The position numbers were made by a program, and so were the translations under genes. A model generated the notes under the pieces. The model saw only the letters and a program-made list of their open reading frames with translations, made no database searches and was not told the DNA's origin. DNA of 64,000 nt. Source: Verrucomicrobiota bacterium (GTDB lineage Bacteria > Verrucomicrobiota > Verrucomicrobiia > JABWAM01). Shown piece by piece: positions 10,301 to 18,857 of this stretch. Within the stretch, counting starts at the first letter, position 1. Each line of letters opens with the position of its first letter. The DNA lies in contig JABDCI010000004.1 in NCBI GenBank assembly GCA_013288215.1, forward strand, positions 298-64,297, read 5' to 3'.

Positions 10301-11395
10301 GAGCAGAAACTCGTGGAAATCTGGAAGGAGGTTCTTGGACTTTCCAAGATCGGAGTCCGGGACAATTTCTTTGAAATCGGCGGTCACTCCTTGATGGCCG
10401 TGAAGATGTTTTCGAAAATAAAGACGGCGTTCGACAACTATTTGCCGCTAACCGCCATTTTTAATGCTCCTACGATCGAACGTCTTGCCTTGTTGTTGAA
10501 CTCGAAAGATGGAAGCTCCTCTTCGTGGTCGAATTTGGTACCCATTCAATCGGAAGGAAAGGGGCTTCCTATCTTTTGGATTCACACCTTGGGCGGCGGC
10601 GGTGGCGGCGGCCTTTTTCGCTATAAGAAACTAGTGGAGTTTTTGGATTTGGATCAACCCTCGTATGGGATTCAAGCTCCGCCGGAGCCCTTCGATGTTC
10701 TGGAGATCATGGCGGCCCATTATATCGAATGGATCAAAGGTCTTCAGCCCCAGGGGCCCTATCACCTAGTGGGTTACTGTTTTGGAGGAAATGTGGCTTA
10801 TGAAATGGCTCGCCAGCTTCGCGCCAAGGGGGAGGAAGTGGCTTTTCTCGGGATTCTGGATGGGGGTGCGTTCCCCCCAAGTAACCGTCCCAAATATTCA
10901 AGCAGACTGCGGATGGTTTTTGACTTTCTTGTCAATTTTTATCATTGGTTGCCGAACTTTTTTCGTCAAAAGCCTGCGCAACATTTGCTTCGCCTCAAAA
11001 GGCGGTTGCGCTCCATGAAGAGGCGAAAACAAATGACTTCGATGGATTGGAAGACGCAGCAGGATGTTATTACGTTGTTGGAACTGGAGGAGGTCATTGA
11101 TGTTGCTCAATATCCGGAGGAATATCGCAAATATGCCGCAACCCATTGGCACGCCTTTTTAAATTACCGGCCCAAACCGTACGACGGAGCGGCGGACATT
11201 TTTCTGGTTCGGCAGCATGGCCTCCTGGAATTTGAGCCAACCCTGGGGTGGCAATATTTGGTGCGAGGACGGTTGAAAGTGCATACCGTTCCCGGATCGC
11301 ATGATACGCTTTTTGACGAACCCTACGTTCGCTGCCTGGCTGAGCAGATCAAGGCGGCTCTTCAAGAGTCGTCGCGTTCCAGCGCGGCTGGATGA
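7319..11395 (+). CDS. NRPS starter-C-A-PCP-TE
   Basis: N-terminal C domain has HHLVSDGWT. A domain has YTSGSTGKPKGV, FDVSFQE (D-V-Q at 235/236/239) and YGPTE. PCP has IGGHSLMAVKM. TE has IFWIHTLGGGGGGG, VGYCFGGNVAYEMA and GSHDTLFDEP. Confidence 0.92.
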   Translation: MSNGIQTLSNSEKSEFSSSASADDGSASSTNLTSGQLQVWIAQMLFPNSPLFHVAGIWKLHGKVDVEHFQKAFRTLLLSSDALRTVIREKDGVPRWIVLDDIPFHLEMLDFSSNKNSKNFLDEWCRKRVTKSFNLAERLVDAAWIKLSEEEFNFYLNMHHLVSDGWTIALISRLLSDFYGRSLQGALKERESLPQFEDYVRYEREVRASSTGKKNEQYWKGKLSCEVDPLVFYGRSLTERTTQILRLSCVMGSGRSERLQQAIKQLGLEGGSHEKAVLEIFFAIMAAYIYLVTGRDRFSIGIPIHNRRNKRFKETIGFFSEVVPVNVEIQPEETFQMLIQKIKHQIYEALRHGPFSPVAPQHRQSSAVILNLHVPFFGDLCGIPGQVEWVNTGHALETLSIQLHGFNPSEEMKLEFDFNRNLFAGDLPDRVLTHFLSVMDAFLADPTTPLSKVSLLSDGERDKLLIDWNATVSDYPEICAHQWFEEQAARTPHEAAVVYGGQKLTYQDLNQRASHCAQILQGSGVKPGDFVGICMERSLDTIVGVVGILKSGAAYVPLDPAYPSDRLAFMLEDSGAPVLLTQRQLVSNLPPYRGRIICLDEFSESSRQEASLPRVTPDGPAYMIYTSGSTGKPKGVVMCHRPLVNLLKWQLRDSGLPAKACTLQFASLSFDVSFQEIFSTLCSGATLVLIKDDLRLDALALLAYLREQKVERLFLPFVALQNLAEAARESADLPDTLTQIITAGEQLQITPGLVHFMNRLKKCVLQNQYGPTESHVVTAYTLESPAEKWPSLPPIGRPINNTQIYLLDTLLRPVPVGIPGELHIGGICLARDYYHRPDLTTEKFISNPFDVSSGSRLYKTGDLASYLPDGNIEFLGRIDHQIKIRGFRIELGEIEALLSQHPDLKDVVVTARDQGELKRLVGYVVLKPGKTIEVADLRKFLKGRLPDYMVPAAFVIMSSFPMTPSGKVDRKSLPPPDQAAYETAEAHVPPRNETEQKLVEIWKEVLGLSKIGVRDNFFEIGGHSLMAVKMFSKIKTAFDNYLPLTAIFNAPTIERLALLLNSKDGSSSSWSNLVPIQSEGKGLPIFWIHTLGGGGGGGLFRYKKLVEFLDLDQPSYGIQAPPEPFDVLEIMAAHYIEWIKGLQPQGPYHLVGYCFGGNVAYEMARQLRAKGEEVAFLGILDGGAFPPSNRPKYSSRLRMVFDFLVNFYHWLPNFFRQKPAQHLLRLKRRLRSMKRRKQMTSMDWKTQQDVITLLELEEVIDVAQYPEEYRKYAATHWHAFLNYRPKPYDGAADIFLVRQHGLLEFEPTLGWQYLVRGRLKVHTVPGSHDTLFDEPYVRCLAEQIKAALQESSRSSAAG
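10593..10613 (+). repeat. (GGC)3-GGT-(GGC)3 trinucleotide tract encoding Gly7 in the TE domain of the third NRPS gene. The paralogous G-rich tract in gene 2 is at 6391-6411.
   Basis: Read directly from the sequence: ggcggcggcggtggcggcggc. Confidence 0.9.
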
Positions 11396-11440
11396 GCCTG
11401 CGCCGCGTGCACAGTCACTTTATTTTCCAGTGATCCATAA

Positions 11441-12727
11441 GTGATGAAGCAGAACGATCGAATCATTCATATCCCACGGCGATTCTTGAAGGAGGAGTGG
11501 GGTGGGACCGAGACCCTCGTTCTCGAAACGTCAAAATATCAGCAGCAGCGGGGATGGAGGCCTGAAGTTTTCACCTCGCTGGCTTTGGCTCAAAAGCGCA
11601 GAGAAATCATCAATGGAGTTTCTGTTCGGCGCTTTTCTTATTTCTATCCGTATTTCGGCCTTTCCGCCCAAGATAGGCTTTCGATGGATAAAAAAGGGGG
11701 AAATCTCGTCTCGTTTTCCTTGTTGGCCGCTTTGATGAAGGCCCCGGATGTGCGCCTTTTTCACGCGCATGCCATCAAACGTCTTGGCGGAGAGGTGCGG
11801 TTTGCCGCACGGCTTCGCGGCAAACCTTATGTGGTTACTCTGCACGGGGGCGTTTTTGATGTTCCGAAAGAAACGCAGGAGAAATGGACTCAGCTTGCCC
11901 CAAACACGATTGAATGGGGCAAGCCACTCGGAGCGCTTTTCGGCTCGCGGAGAGTCCTCATCGATGCGGATCACGTTCTGTGTGTCGGAGAGGGCGAATT
12001 CGAGAAAGCGAAGCAACAGCTTCCTCATGATCGGATCTCATTTCTGCCCAATGCTGTGGATCCGGGAAAATTTCGCTCGGGAAACGGTGCCTCATTTCGG
12101 TCAAAACATGGGATTCCGGGAGACGCTCTTCTCATCTTGAACATCAGCCGGATCGATGCGCAGAAAAATCAGCTCGTGCTGCTGGAGGCTTTTGCCAGGT
12201 TGCGATCCGCGCATTCCAAAAGTTTTTTGTTGTTCATCGGTCCCGTGACACAAGCCGAATACGCGCAACGATTGGAAAGTGGCATTCAGACGCTTGGACT
12301 CTCCGGTGTGGCAAGGATTTTGCCAGGTCTCCACAACGACGATCCGGATCTGGTGTCAGCCTATCACGCATGTGATGTTTTCGTGCTGCCTTCGGTTCAT
12401 GAACCATTTGGAATTGTGGTTCTGGAAGCCTGGTGCTGCGGAAAGCCTGTGGTGACAAGTCCTGTCGGCGGACTTAAAACTCTCGTCAAACAGAATGAAA
12501 CCGGGCTTGTTTTCGATTCTTTTTCTTCTTCCGCTTCGGATTCGCTCGCGCACTGTCTTGGACTCCTTGCGGCCGATCCGGTGTTGCGCGGGCGGTTGGG
12601 AAAGAATGGATTTCAGGATGTGATGGCCAACTATCAATGGTCTGTCGTGGGAAAAAAGATGGAGTCTCTCTATGCCGCTGCGGAAGAGCATGCGCGTCAA
12701 AAGCCCCCTCCTAGCGCTAAGGCTTAG
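11441..12727 (+). CDS. glycosyltransferase family 4 (GT-B, group 1)
   Basis: EPFGIVVLEAWCCGKPVV (EX7E motif). Confidence 0.85.
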   Translation: MMKQNDRIIHIPRRFLKEEWGGTETLVLETSKYQQQRGWRPEVFTSLALAQKRREIINGVSVRRFSYFYPYFGLSAQDRLSMDKKGGNLVSFSLLAALMKAPDVRLFHAHAIKRLGGEVRFAARLRGKPYVVTLHGGVFDVPKETQEKWTQLAPNTIEWGKPLGALFGSRRVLIDADHVLCVGEGEFEKAKQQLPHDRISFLPNAVDPGKFRSGNGASFRSKHGIPGDALLILNISRIDAQKNQLVLLEAFARLRSAHSKSFLLFIGPVTQAEYAQRLESGIQTLGLSGVARILPGLHNDDPDLVSAYHACDVFVLPSVHEPFGIVVLEAWCCGKPVVTSPVGGLKTLVKQNETGLVFDSFSSSASDSLAHCLGLLAADPVLRGRLGKNGFQDVMANYQWSVVGKKMESLYAAAEEHARQKPPPSAKA

Positions 12728-12764
12728 GTAAAACGACTTCTTGCGGAATGGGGGTGAAACGGGA

Positions 12765-13643
12765 CTAATCGGCAGGTCGGTTTTGGGTGAGACCGTCAAG
12801 AAACCCCCTTCGCTTTCCGAGGCGCTGAATCACTCGCACCGCGACAGCATGGGGCCATTCGTGGAGTTGTTTCATTTTCAGGCAGTAGGCCAAATCCTTG
12901 ACCGCATCACGACCGCATGGGAGGAGGACACCCCGGAGGAGATCTGTTCTTTTGAGATTAAGTTCGGGTGTCGCAGCGAGAGCGAAACCTTCCCCATAGT
13001 TGCGCTTGCGCACTTCTGCCAGGGTGTAATTATGGGAATGCATGGCTACCGAATCTCCGGCGTACGCAATGAGCCAGCCATGATTGCGGATTCGAAAGGA
13101 CCATTCTTCGTCCTCGGAATAGCGCAGGTCTTCGCGGAAGGGATGTTCCAACCATGCGGTTCGATGGACAGCCGAACTAACCATGCTGAAAAAGTGGGGC
13201 CAATGCCGGGATTCACGCTGCTCCCCGAAACATCGCTGGTAATCGTTGGCGAACACCGCATGGCAACCGGGGCGTGGGATCTGCCGGCCGAATGCCGCTC
13301 CGGTGTGCGGCTGCGCCATGGCCGCCTTCAATAAATCGGCAAGCCATTCTTGGCCGATGGGCGTGGCATCCGAATTCAGAAAAACCACCCATTCTTCCTC
13401 ACAAAGTTTGATTCCTGTGTTGAGGACCCGTCCGGGAATATAGTCTTCCGCGCGAATCTGAAGAAATTGTGAGGGAGAGGATTTCTTGATGATTTCCACG
13501 GTGCCATCCGTGGAACCCGAGTCAATGTGGATGCGCTGGATCCCGCTGGGATAATTCTGGGAAAGAATTCCTTGGATGCACTGTCCAATGAGTGTGACAT
13601 CGTTTTTCGATCGAATGACGATTGATACGGCAGGTAAAGACAT
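12765..13643 (-). CDS. glycosyltransferase family 2
   Basis: N-terminal VSIVIRSKND...IDSGSTDGT (GT-A DXD region). Confidence 0.85.
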   Translation of the reverse strand: MSLPAVSIVIRSKNDVTLIGQCIQGILSQNYPSGIQRIHIDSGSTDGTVEIIKKSSPSQFLQIRAEDYIPGRVLNTGIKLCEEEWVVFLNSDATPIGQEWLADLLKAAMAQPHTGAAFGRQIPRPGCHAVFANDYQRCFGEQRESRHWPHFFSMVSSAVHRTAWLEHPFREDLRYSEDEEWSFRIRNHGWLIAYAGDSVAMHSHNYTLAEVRKRNYGEGFALAATPELNLKRTDLLRGVLLPCGRDAVKDLAYCLKMKQLHEWPHAVAVRVIQRLGKRRGFLDGLTQNRPAD

Positions 13644-13926
13644 TCGTATATGTTATCTGCGATCGCTTATGAAGCCAAGAGGTTATATGTGTTGTCGTGC
13701 ATTGATTTTTTAAAATCGTTTTTTTGTCGGATCGCTATCTTTGGCTTCGCTCCGGCCGTCGGAATTTCCATCCACTCTTCATGGAGCACGCACATCATTC
13801 AGGATGAGCCACGAAGGTTATAATATTCGTCAGGAATACAAAAAGAAGACGCAGTCATTCCACAAAAATGGAAAAAGGATAAGGAGTCCACGACCCTTGT
13901 TTTTACGGTCTAGCAACACAGTTTTT

Positions 13927-15306
13927 TTAACGCGGTCTTTGTTTTTTCCAGTGAAGCCTCCACCAATGCAATTTCGCAACGGTTGCCAAACAAATAAACC
14001 ACATGACAAGGTTTTTTGGCTGATACAAAACATGTTCCGTGTTGCTTTGGACATAATTCATGCCGAGACCACAAAAAAGTCCCATGGACACCGATCCAAG
14101 AAAGGTGTGGCGATAAAAAAACATGGCTCGTCCGCACCAGTAAAGAGTGGTCAAGAAGAAAATAAAACAGAATCCTGTCCCCACGAATCCGTTTTCCGCA
14201 AGCATGAGGTAATACCAACTTTCAGAAATAGGACGGTATGCGTTTTCCGAATACGTGGAATTATATCCCTCATCGGCTTCCCATTCCTCAAACCCCGCTC
14301 CATAACGAAAAGGACGATTAATTAAGACCCCGTAATTATTCCATCCTCCTCCAAAAAATGGGTAATCCGTCAACATTTGTCGGGAGGCCCTATTGAGAAC
14401 ATCACGGGTCATTTTACTGGGAATATTCACATCTGCAGTAAATCGCCCCATGAGGGTATTCGCGGCCTTCGCCAGAACCGCAATGCTTGCCAAAAACATA
14501 AAAATCGTCACCAAAATACGGCGACGACTAAAACCGTCTACCAAACTCAAAAAAATAACTAATATAGATCCCGCTCCAAAACATAAAACTCCCATGCGGG
14601 AAAGCGAAAATAATGTAGCCAAGCCTGAGGCGATAAAACCGGAAAGGTATAAATAAAATCTATTTCGTTTTGTTTTGGAAAGCGCCGCAGCCAATAGCGG
14701 CAGTCCGGTCATATAGGAGTACATGACGAGAGAATTTTGATGATCAAACAGTGCGGGGACTTGGTAAACCCCAAAAAGATATCGTTGAATAATACAGACC
14801 ATTCCTTGAAAGAGGAGGAGCCATGCAAAGGTTTTGAAAAGAAAATGAATGTCCTCTTCTTTTCTTATGAAATGGTAGGTTGCAATATACACAACAGAAA
14901 CCTTGAAAAATTTAAAGGTCGCCATCACGACGAGAAACGGCTGAGGAGCATTAACAATTGATAACGAGCTGGCGGCGCAGAACAAAACCCACAGTAATAG
15001 GCCAGGGGGAAACCATGAGACTTTCTTTGTCGGGTCCCTTCCGGTGAAGAGTAAGGCAATGGCCATAACGTCCATGGCGGTGCATTCGAAGCCCCATGTG
15101 TGGCCATGAAAAAACAGCCCGGCTTCAGGGGAGGGGAGGTATGGATTGATGGAAATAATACGATATTTCAGCACCGTAAAAAAAACCATCATGGCAAAGA
15201 CAACTTTTTGCAGAGTGCGATTGGATCGAATGAAAATCCCCAAAAACGGTGCAAAGCCGAAATAGAGAAAAAGCAGGATAATGATTTTGACTGGATCGGA
15301 AAGCAT
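13927..15306 (-). CDS. polytopic membrane protein, O-antigen ligase / Wzy-like. The start is uncertain: the long ORF extends to 15459.
   Basis: About 10-12 hydrophobic helices with a large loop. Sits within the glycosyltransferase operon. A C9 tract (15377-15385) lies in the optional N-terminal extension. Confidence 0.6.
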   Translation of the reverse strand: MLSDPVKIIILLFLYFGFAPFLGIFIRSNRTLQKVVFAMMVFFTVLKYRIISINPYLPSPEAGLFFHGHTWGFECTAMDVMAIALLFTGRDPTKKVSWFPPGLLLWVLFCAASSLSIVNAPQPFLVVMATFKFFKVSVVYIATYHFIRKEEDIHFLFKTFAWLLLFQGMVCIIQRYLFGVYQVPALFDHQNSLVMYSYMTGLPLLAAALSKTKRNRFYLYLSGFIASGLATLFSLSRMGVLCFGAGSILVIFLSLVDGFSRRRILVTIFMFLASIAVLAKAANTLMGRFTADVNIPSKMTRDVLNRASRQMLTDYPFFGGGWNNYGVLINRPFRYGAGFEEWEADEGYNSTYSENAYRPISESWYYLMLAENGFVGTGFCFIFFLTTLYWCGRAMFFYRHTFLGSVSMGLFCGLGMNYVQSNTEHVLYQPKNLVMWFICLATVAKLHWWRLHWKKQRPR

Positions 15307-15376
15307 GGAAGGATCTAATTTGGTAAAGAAAAAATGGAAACTCGTGTTTGTTTTTTCTGAAAGTAAGGCGTTTAGC

Positions 15377-15385
15377 GGGGGGGGG
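15377..15385. repeat. G9/C9 homopolymeric tract
   Basis: gggggggggc on the plus strand. Encodes PPP in the optional 5' extension of the Wzy-like gene. Confidence 0.9.
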
Positions 15386-15767
15386 CTTTTTGAGGGCACT
15401 GGACGATTACGTAAATTCAACACGGGTTTTTCCACAAATTTTCCAGAAGGCGAATCCAATGGGAGCTGTGAGTGAAGAAAAGTTTGGTACGGTTGCAGGA
15501 TTTTGGTGTTTTATTAAAACAAGCAAGATGGCCAGTCCACGAAGGACGTCAAGGGACTTCAGTCTTATTTTGTCGCAGTCAGTCATGAGCTTGAGAGTGC
15601 CGAGTTTCGGATGAGAAACAAGTCAGGAGCTGACGAAGAGAAGTTGTTCCAAGATTTGCGAAATTCTTGGTTGCCTGGATGATCTGTCTGGGTTTGGTTG
15701 CGCGCTGGGAATGGTGGTGCCGGCGGAGAAGCAAAATGCGTCCGTAAAACGCTGCACGCTTAAAATT

Positions 15768-16946
15768 TCAAAGTCCGCCCGTGCGGCTCATCCTGCAATC
15801 CAGCAACCTTTTTGCCGCGGAGAGCATGACGTCGAAGATTTCCTCGATTCGTCGAGGGGTTTCGGTCGGATGTGAAGTGAGCCAGCACGCCTTGCTTGTG
15901 GGCTCGTCCGGACTGAAACCATGCATGGCGGTAACCCGTTTCGCGCTCATGAAGCAGGGGACGAAGATCGTGCCTGGGTTTAATAAATAAAAAATTTCGC
16001 CATAACGCCGGTCGGCGAAGAGACATCCCCATTTCCGAAGCTCTTCGTCCTGCAAAACACGGCCTTCGGGCTGCTGCCTGAGCCAGGTTTCAACTTTGTC
16101 CCGGACTCCCGGTTTCAAAAACCAGAAGCGGGCCATCGTCGAATCCCATACTGCGGCATAATCGCGGGCGTATTGAAGGCCTAGTGTTTCGAAACGCCGC
16201 ATCATATCGCTGGTGGCCGTGGTGTCGGTCATGCCGTGATCGCTGAAAAGATGCAAGCGCACCTCCTGATATTTCTCGATCGCGATGGAATGCAGTTCAC
16301 GGATCCATGTTTCGAACTGTGCAAAGGCTTGATCGACCTTGGATCCCAGGGTTCCGTTCGCATGCATCACGGCATCCAAAGCCCCGGTAAAAAGATAGGC
16401 GCAGCGGATCTTTCCCTCGCGGAGCTTTTCTTTCATCGAGGCGATGTTGGCGGCATCCCCAGCGCGCCAATCCGATCGATACCAGGGAATGCCCAGTTTT
16501 TCCCACCGTGAAAAAATCACCTCCTGCCCGCCGGTGATGCCGCCGGGAAGATAGATGTCACGGCGTTCCGTGTAGTCGAGCAGGGGCAGCTTGGAAAAGG
16601 GAGCGCTGTAGAGCTGGAAATATCCGGTGAAGCCAAGTCGCCGTCCCCAATATTTGCTGATCTGGTTGCGAACGCGATGATGATCAAACAAGAGCGGGGG
16701 AGCCCATGAAAACCATCGGGCGCTGCGAAAAGGGGAGTTTTTGGGATCATAGACAAAGAACGAAAAATGTCCGTGTTCCGATGGAACCTTTCCCGTCAAA
16801 ATACTGGGATCGCACGAGCTGGAATATCCGAAAATGGTTTCGCAAGAGGCGCGATGGGGAAGCAGATCCGTCAGGACGTTGCGTTCCCGTGCGAGTTCCC
16901 ATCCCAAGGCGTCGGAAAAGATAAAAAGATCGATCGAAGGCGTCAT
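15768..16946 (-). CDS. alkaline-phosphatase-superfamily protein (type I phosphodiesterase / nucleotide pyrophosphatase-like)
   Basis: LHLFSDHGM and MHGFSPDEP motifs, with a GYSSSCDPSILTG nucleophile region. Its start overlaps the stop of the upstream kinase gene (ATGA). Confidence 0.7.
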   Translation of the reverse strand: MTPSIDLFIFSDALGWELARERNVLTDLLPHRASCETIFGYSSSCDPSILTGKVPSEHGHFSFFVYDPKNSPFRSARWFSWAPPLLFDHHRVRNQISKYWGRRLGFTGYFQLYSAPFSKLPLLDYTERRDIYLPGGITGGQEVIFSRWEKLGIPWYRSDWRAGDAANIASMKEKLREGKIRCAYLFTGALDAVMHANGTLGSKVDQAFAQFETWIRELHSIAIEKYQEVRLHLFSDHGMTDTTATSDMMRRFETLGLQYARDYAAVWDSTMARFWFLKPGVRDKVETWLRQQPEGRVLQDEELRKWGCLFADRRYGEIFYLLNPGTIFVPCFMSAKRVTAMHGFSPDEPTSKACWLTSHPTETPRRIEEIFDVMLSAAKRLLDCRMSRTGGL

Positions 16947-17554
16947 CGGAGACCTGCTTTCCGGCGGAGCTGTGCAGCCAGCTTTTTGACCCGCGAAAGG
17001 TTGGGAAGCTGTTTCCAGATTTCCGTGGCGCGACGGCAGCTCGGCTGAACGAATCGATCGTGCATCGGCCGGGCGAACTCTTCATAGAGCCGGATCGTCT
17101 CCTCGACGGGAATGTTGCGCGCGACCTGATCTCGGCGCAGACGGTGGATGAGACGTTGATCTGCGGGGATATCGAGAAAAATTCCAAGATCGAGCAGGCT
17201 GCGCAGGGCGGGTTCATGCAGGACGAATAATCCCTCAACGATCAAAATCTGTCTTGCCGGAAGGAGGATGGTCCTGGTTTGGCGGGAATGGGTGGCGTAA
17301 TCGTACTGGGGCGCATGAACGGTCTCTCCGCGTCTGAGTTCTTTCAGATGCTTGATCATGAGCGGCACTTCGAGCGCGTGAGGATGGTCGAAGTTAAGAC
17401 GTAATTCGGCTGCGCCTTTCACATGGCTGCGATCCCGATAATACCAGTCGGTTTGGATCAGGGTCGCCGCTTTCCCGAGCTGTTTTGCCAGCGCGTGGGC
17501 GAGCCAGCTCTTTCCCGATCCGGTTCCTCCCGCAATGCCCACGATCAGGTTCAT
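16943..17554 (-). CDS. udk: uridine kinase / phosphoribulokinase-family P-loop kinase
   Basis: IVGIAGGTGSGKS Walker A, DWYY, PQYDYATHSR and ILIVEG match the uridine-kinase pattern. Confidence 0.75.
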   Translation of the reverse strand: MNLIVGIAGGTGSGKSWLAHALAKQLGKAATLIQTDWYYRDRSHVKGAAELRLNFDHPHALEVPLMIKHLKELRRGETVHAPQYDYATHSRQTRTILLPARQILIVEGLFVLHEPALRSLLDLGIFLDIPADQRLIHRLRRDQVARNIPVEETIRLYEEFARPMHDRFVQPSCRRATEIWKQLPNLSRVKKLAAQLRRKAGLR

Positions 17555-18747
17555 GGATGACTCCAGCGTCGCCGCGGTTCCTGTTTTACGTTCATAAACA
17601 GAGTTTCGAGGTTTTCCATGTAGCGATTAAAATCGTATGTCTGCAACACGCGCTTCCTCCCATTTTCGCCCAATTTCCGTGCAAGCTGTTTGTCTCGTAG
17701 GAGTTGGTCGATGCGGGAAGCGTATGTTGGAACGTCCATCCATGGAACGAGAAAACCTGTTTCGTTATCCTTCAACCAGTCGCCGATGCCGCCCGCGTCA
17801 AATGCCACGACGGGAAGACCGCAACGCATGGCTTCCAATCCGACAAGGCCGAAAGGCTCCGGCCAGACGGATGAAACCAGTGCCACCGAAGCTTCACGTG
17901 ACTGCTCGCGTATTTCGGAATTCGAAACAAAGCCGAAAAAGCGGACTTTTTTTTCCAATCTCAATTTGCGGCAGAGGTCCTCGCATGGTCGCCGATGGCT
18001 GCCATCGCCAAAGATTAGGCATTCGAAAGGCTCCTTCACGATGGAGAGGGCATGAAGCAGGACATCCACCCCCTTGCCGCGCACCAATTGGCCGGAAAAG
18101 ATCAGAAGGTTGCGCGGGCCGAACGTGCTTTGAAGAAGCTCTGACGGTGGTGGGATGGGTGGCAAAATCCGTATCAAATCCGGCTTGAACCTGTTGATCA
18201 AAAGCTGCTGTCGCATATGTTCGGATGCCACGACAAGGCAGTCCAATTTCCGATTCAGGCCGATCTCCTTGAGCTTTCGGGATAAGCTCGCCCATCGGAT
18301 AGGAAATAGACCCCTCCGGTTCCTCTGGATCGGCGCCAGGCATGGGAAGACACAATATCCCCCTGCGGGGCGATTGCAGATCTGCCGTGTGAAAGGATCG
18401 TATTTATAAGTGCGAAGACAATACATGTCGTGATCGTGCACCATGCGGACGAGAGGAAGGCGTGTGGAAAGTAGATGATCAAGAGAATCCAGATCGTCCC
18501 ACTTGTGCATGTAAACCACATCCGGCTGGAATTTCTCCAGGATCTTCGTCCAATCGTCGCGGGTTTTTGGAAAATAAAGAAACAGGCCGAATAGTTTCTC
18601 CCAGTCTCCTTCTCCTTTTCCCGTGCGACGCAAGGCGGCGAGGGCAATCTCGTGGCCACGATTTCTTGCCGCTATGGCTGTCGCGAAGACATTGGCTTCG
18701 GCCCCACCGAAATTTCCGGCCGATTCGTGAACGAAAAGGATGCGCAT
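17551..18747 (-). CDS. glycosyltransferase family 4
   Basis: PEPFGLVGLEAMRCGLPVVA. Confidence 0.85.
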   Translation of the reverse strand: MRILFVHESAGNFGGAEANVFATAIAARNRGHEIALAALRRTGKGEGDWEKLFGLFLYFPKTRDDWTKILEKFQPDVVYMHKWDDLDSLDHLLSTRLPLVRMVHDHDMYCLRTYKYDPFTRQICNRPAGGYCVFPCLAPIQRNRRGLFPIRWASLSRKLKEIGLNRKLDCLVVASEHMRQQLLINRFKPDLIRILPPIPPPSELLQSTFGPRNLLIFSGQLVRGKGVDVLLHALSIVKEPFECLIFGDGSHRRPCEDLCRKLRLEKKVRFFGFVSNSEIREQSREASVALVSSVWPEPFGLVGLEAMRCGLPVVAFDAGGIGDWLKDNETGFLVPWMDVPTYASRIDQLLRDKQLARKLGENGRKRVLQTYDFNRYMENLETLFMNVKQEPRRRWSHP

Positions 18748-18857
18748 GGTCGTGTTGCGGAAGGTGAAGCAAAACGGTCCTGATGTTCAGTTCACCGCAG
18801 ACGCTTTCAAAAGCTATTGCTTGAAGTCGAGGTGAATTCAAGCAACTAGATCTATTC

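Noticed and set aside
12741-14325. Plus-strand ORFs 12741..13334 and 13741..14325
   Set aside because: They overlap the GT2 gene and the Wzy-like gene on the opposite strand. They are low-complexity with no features.
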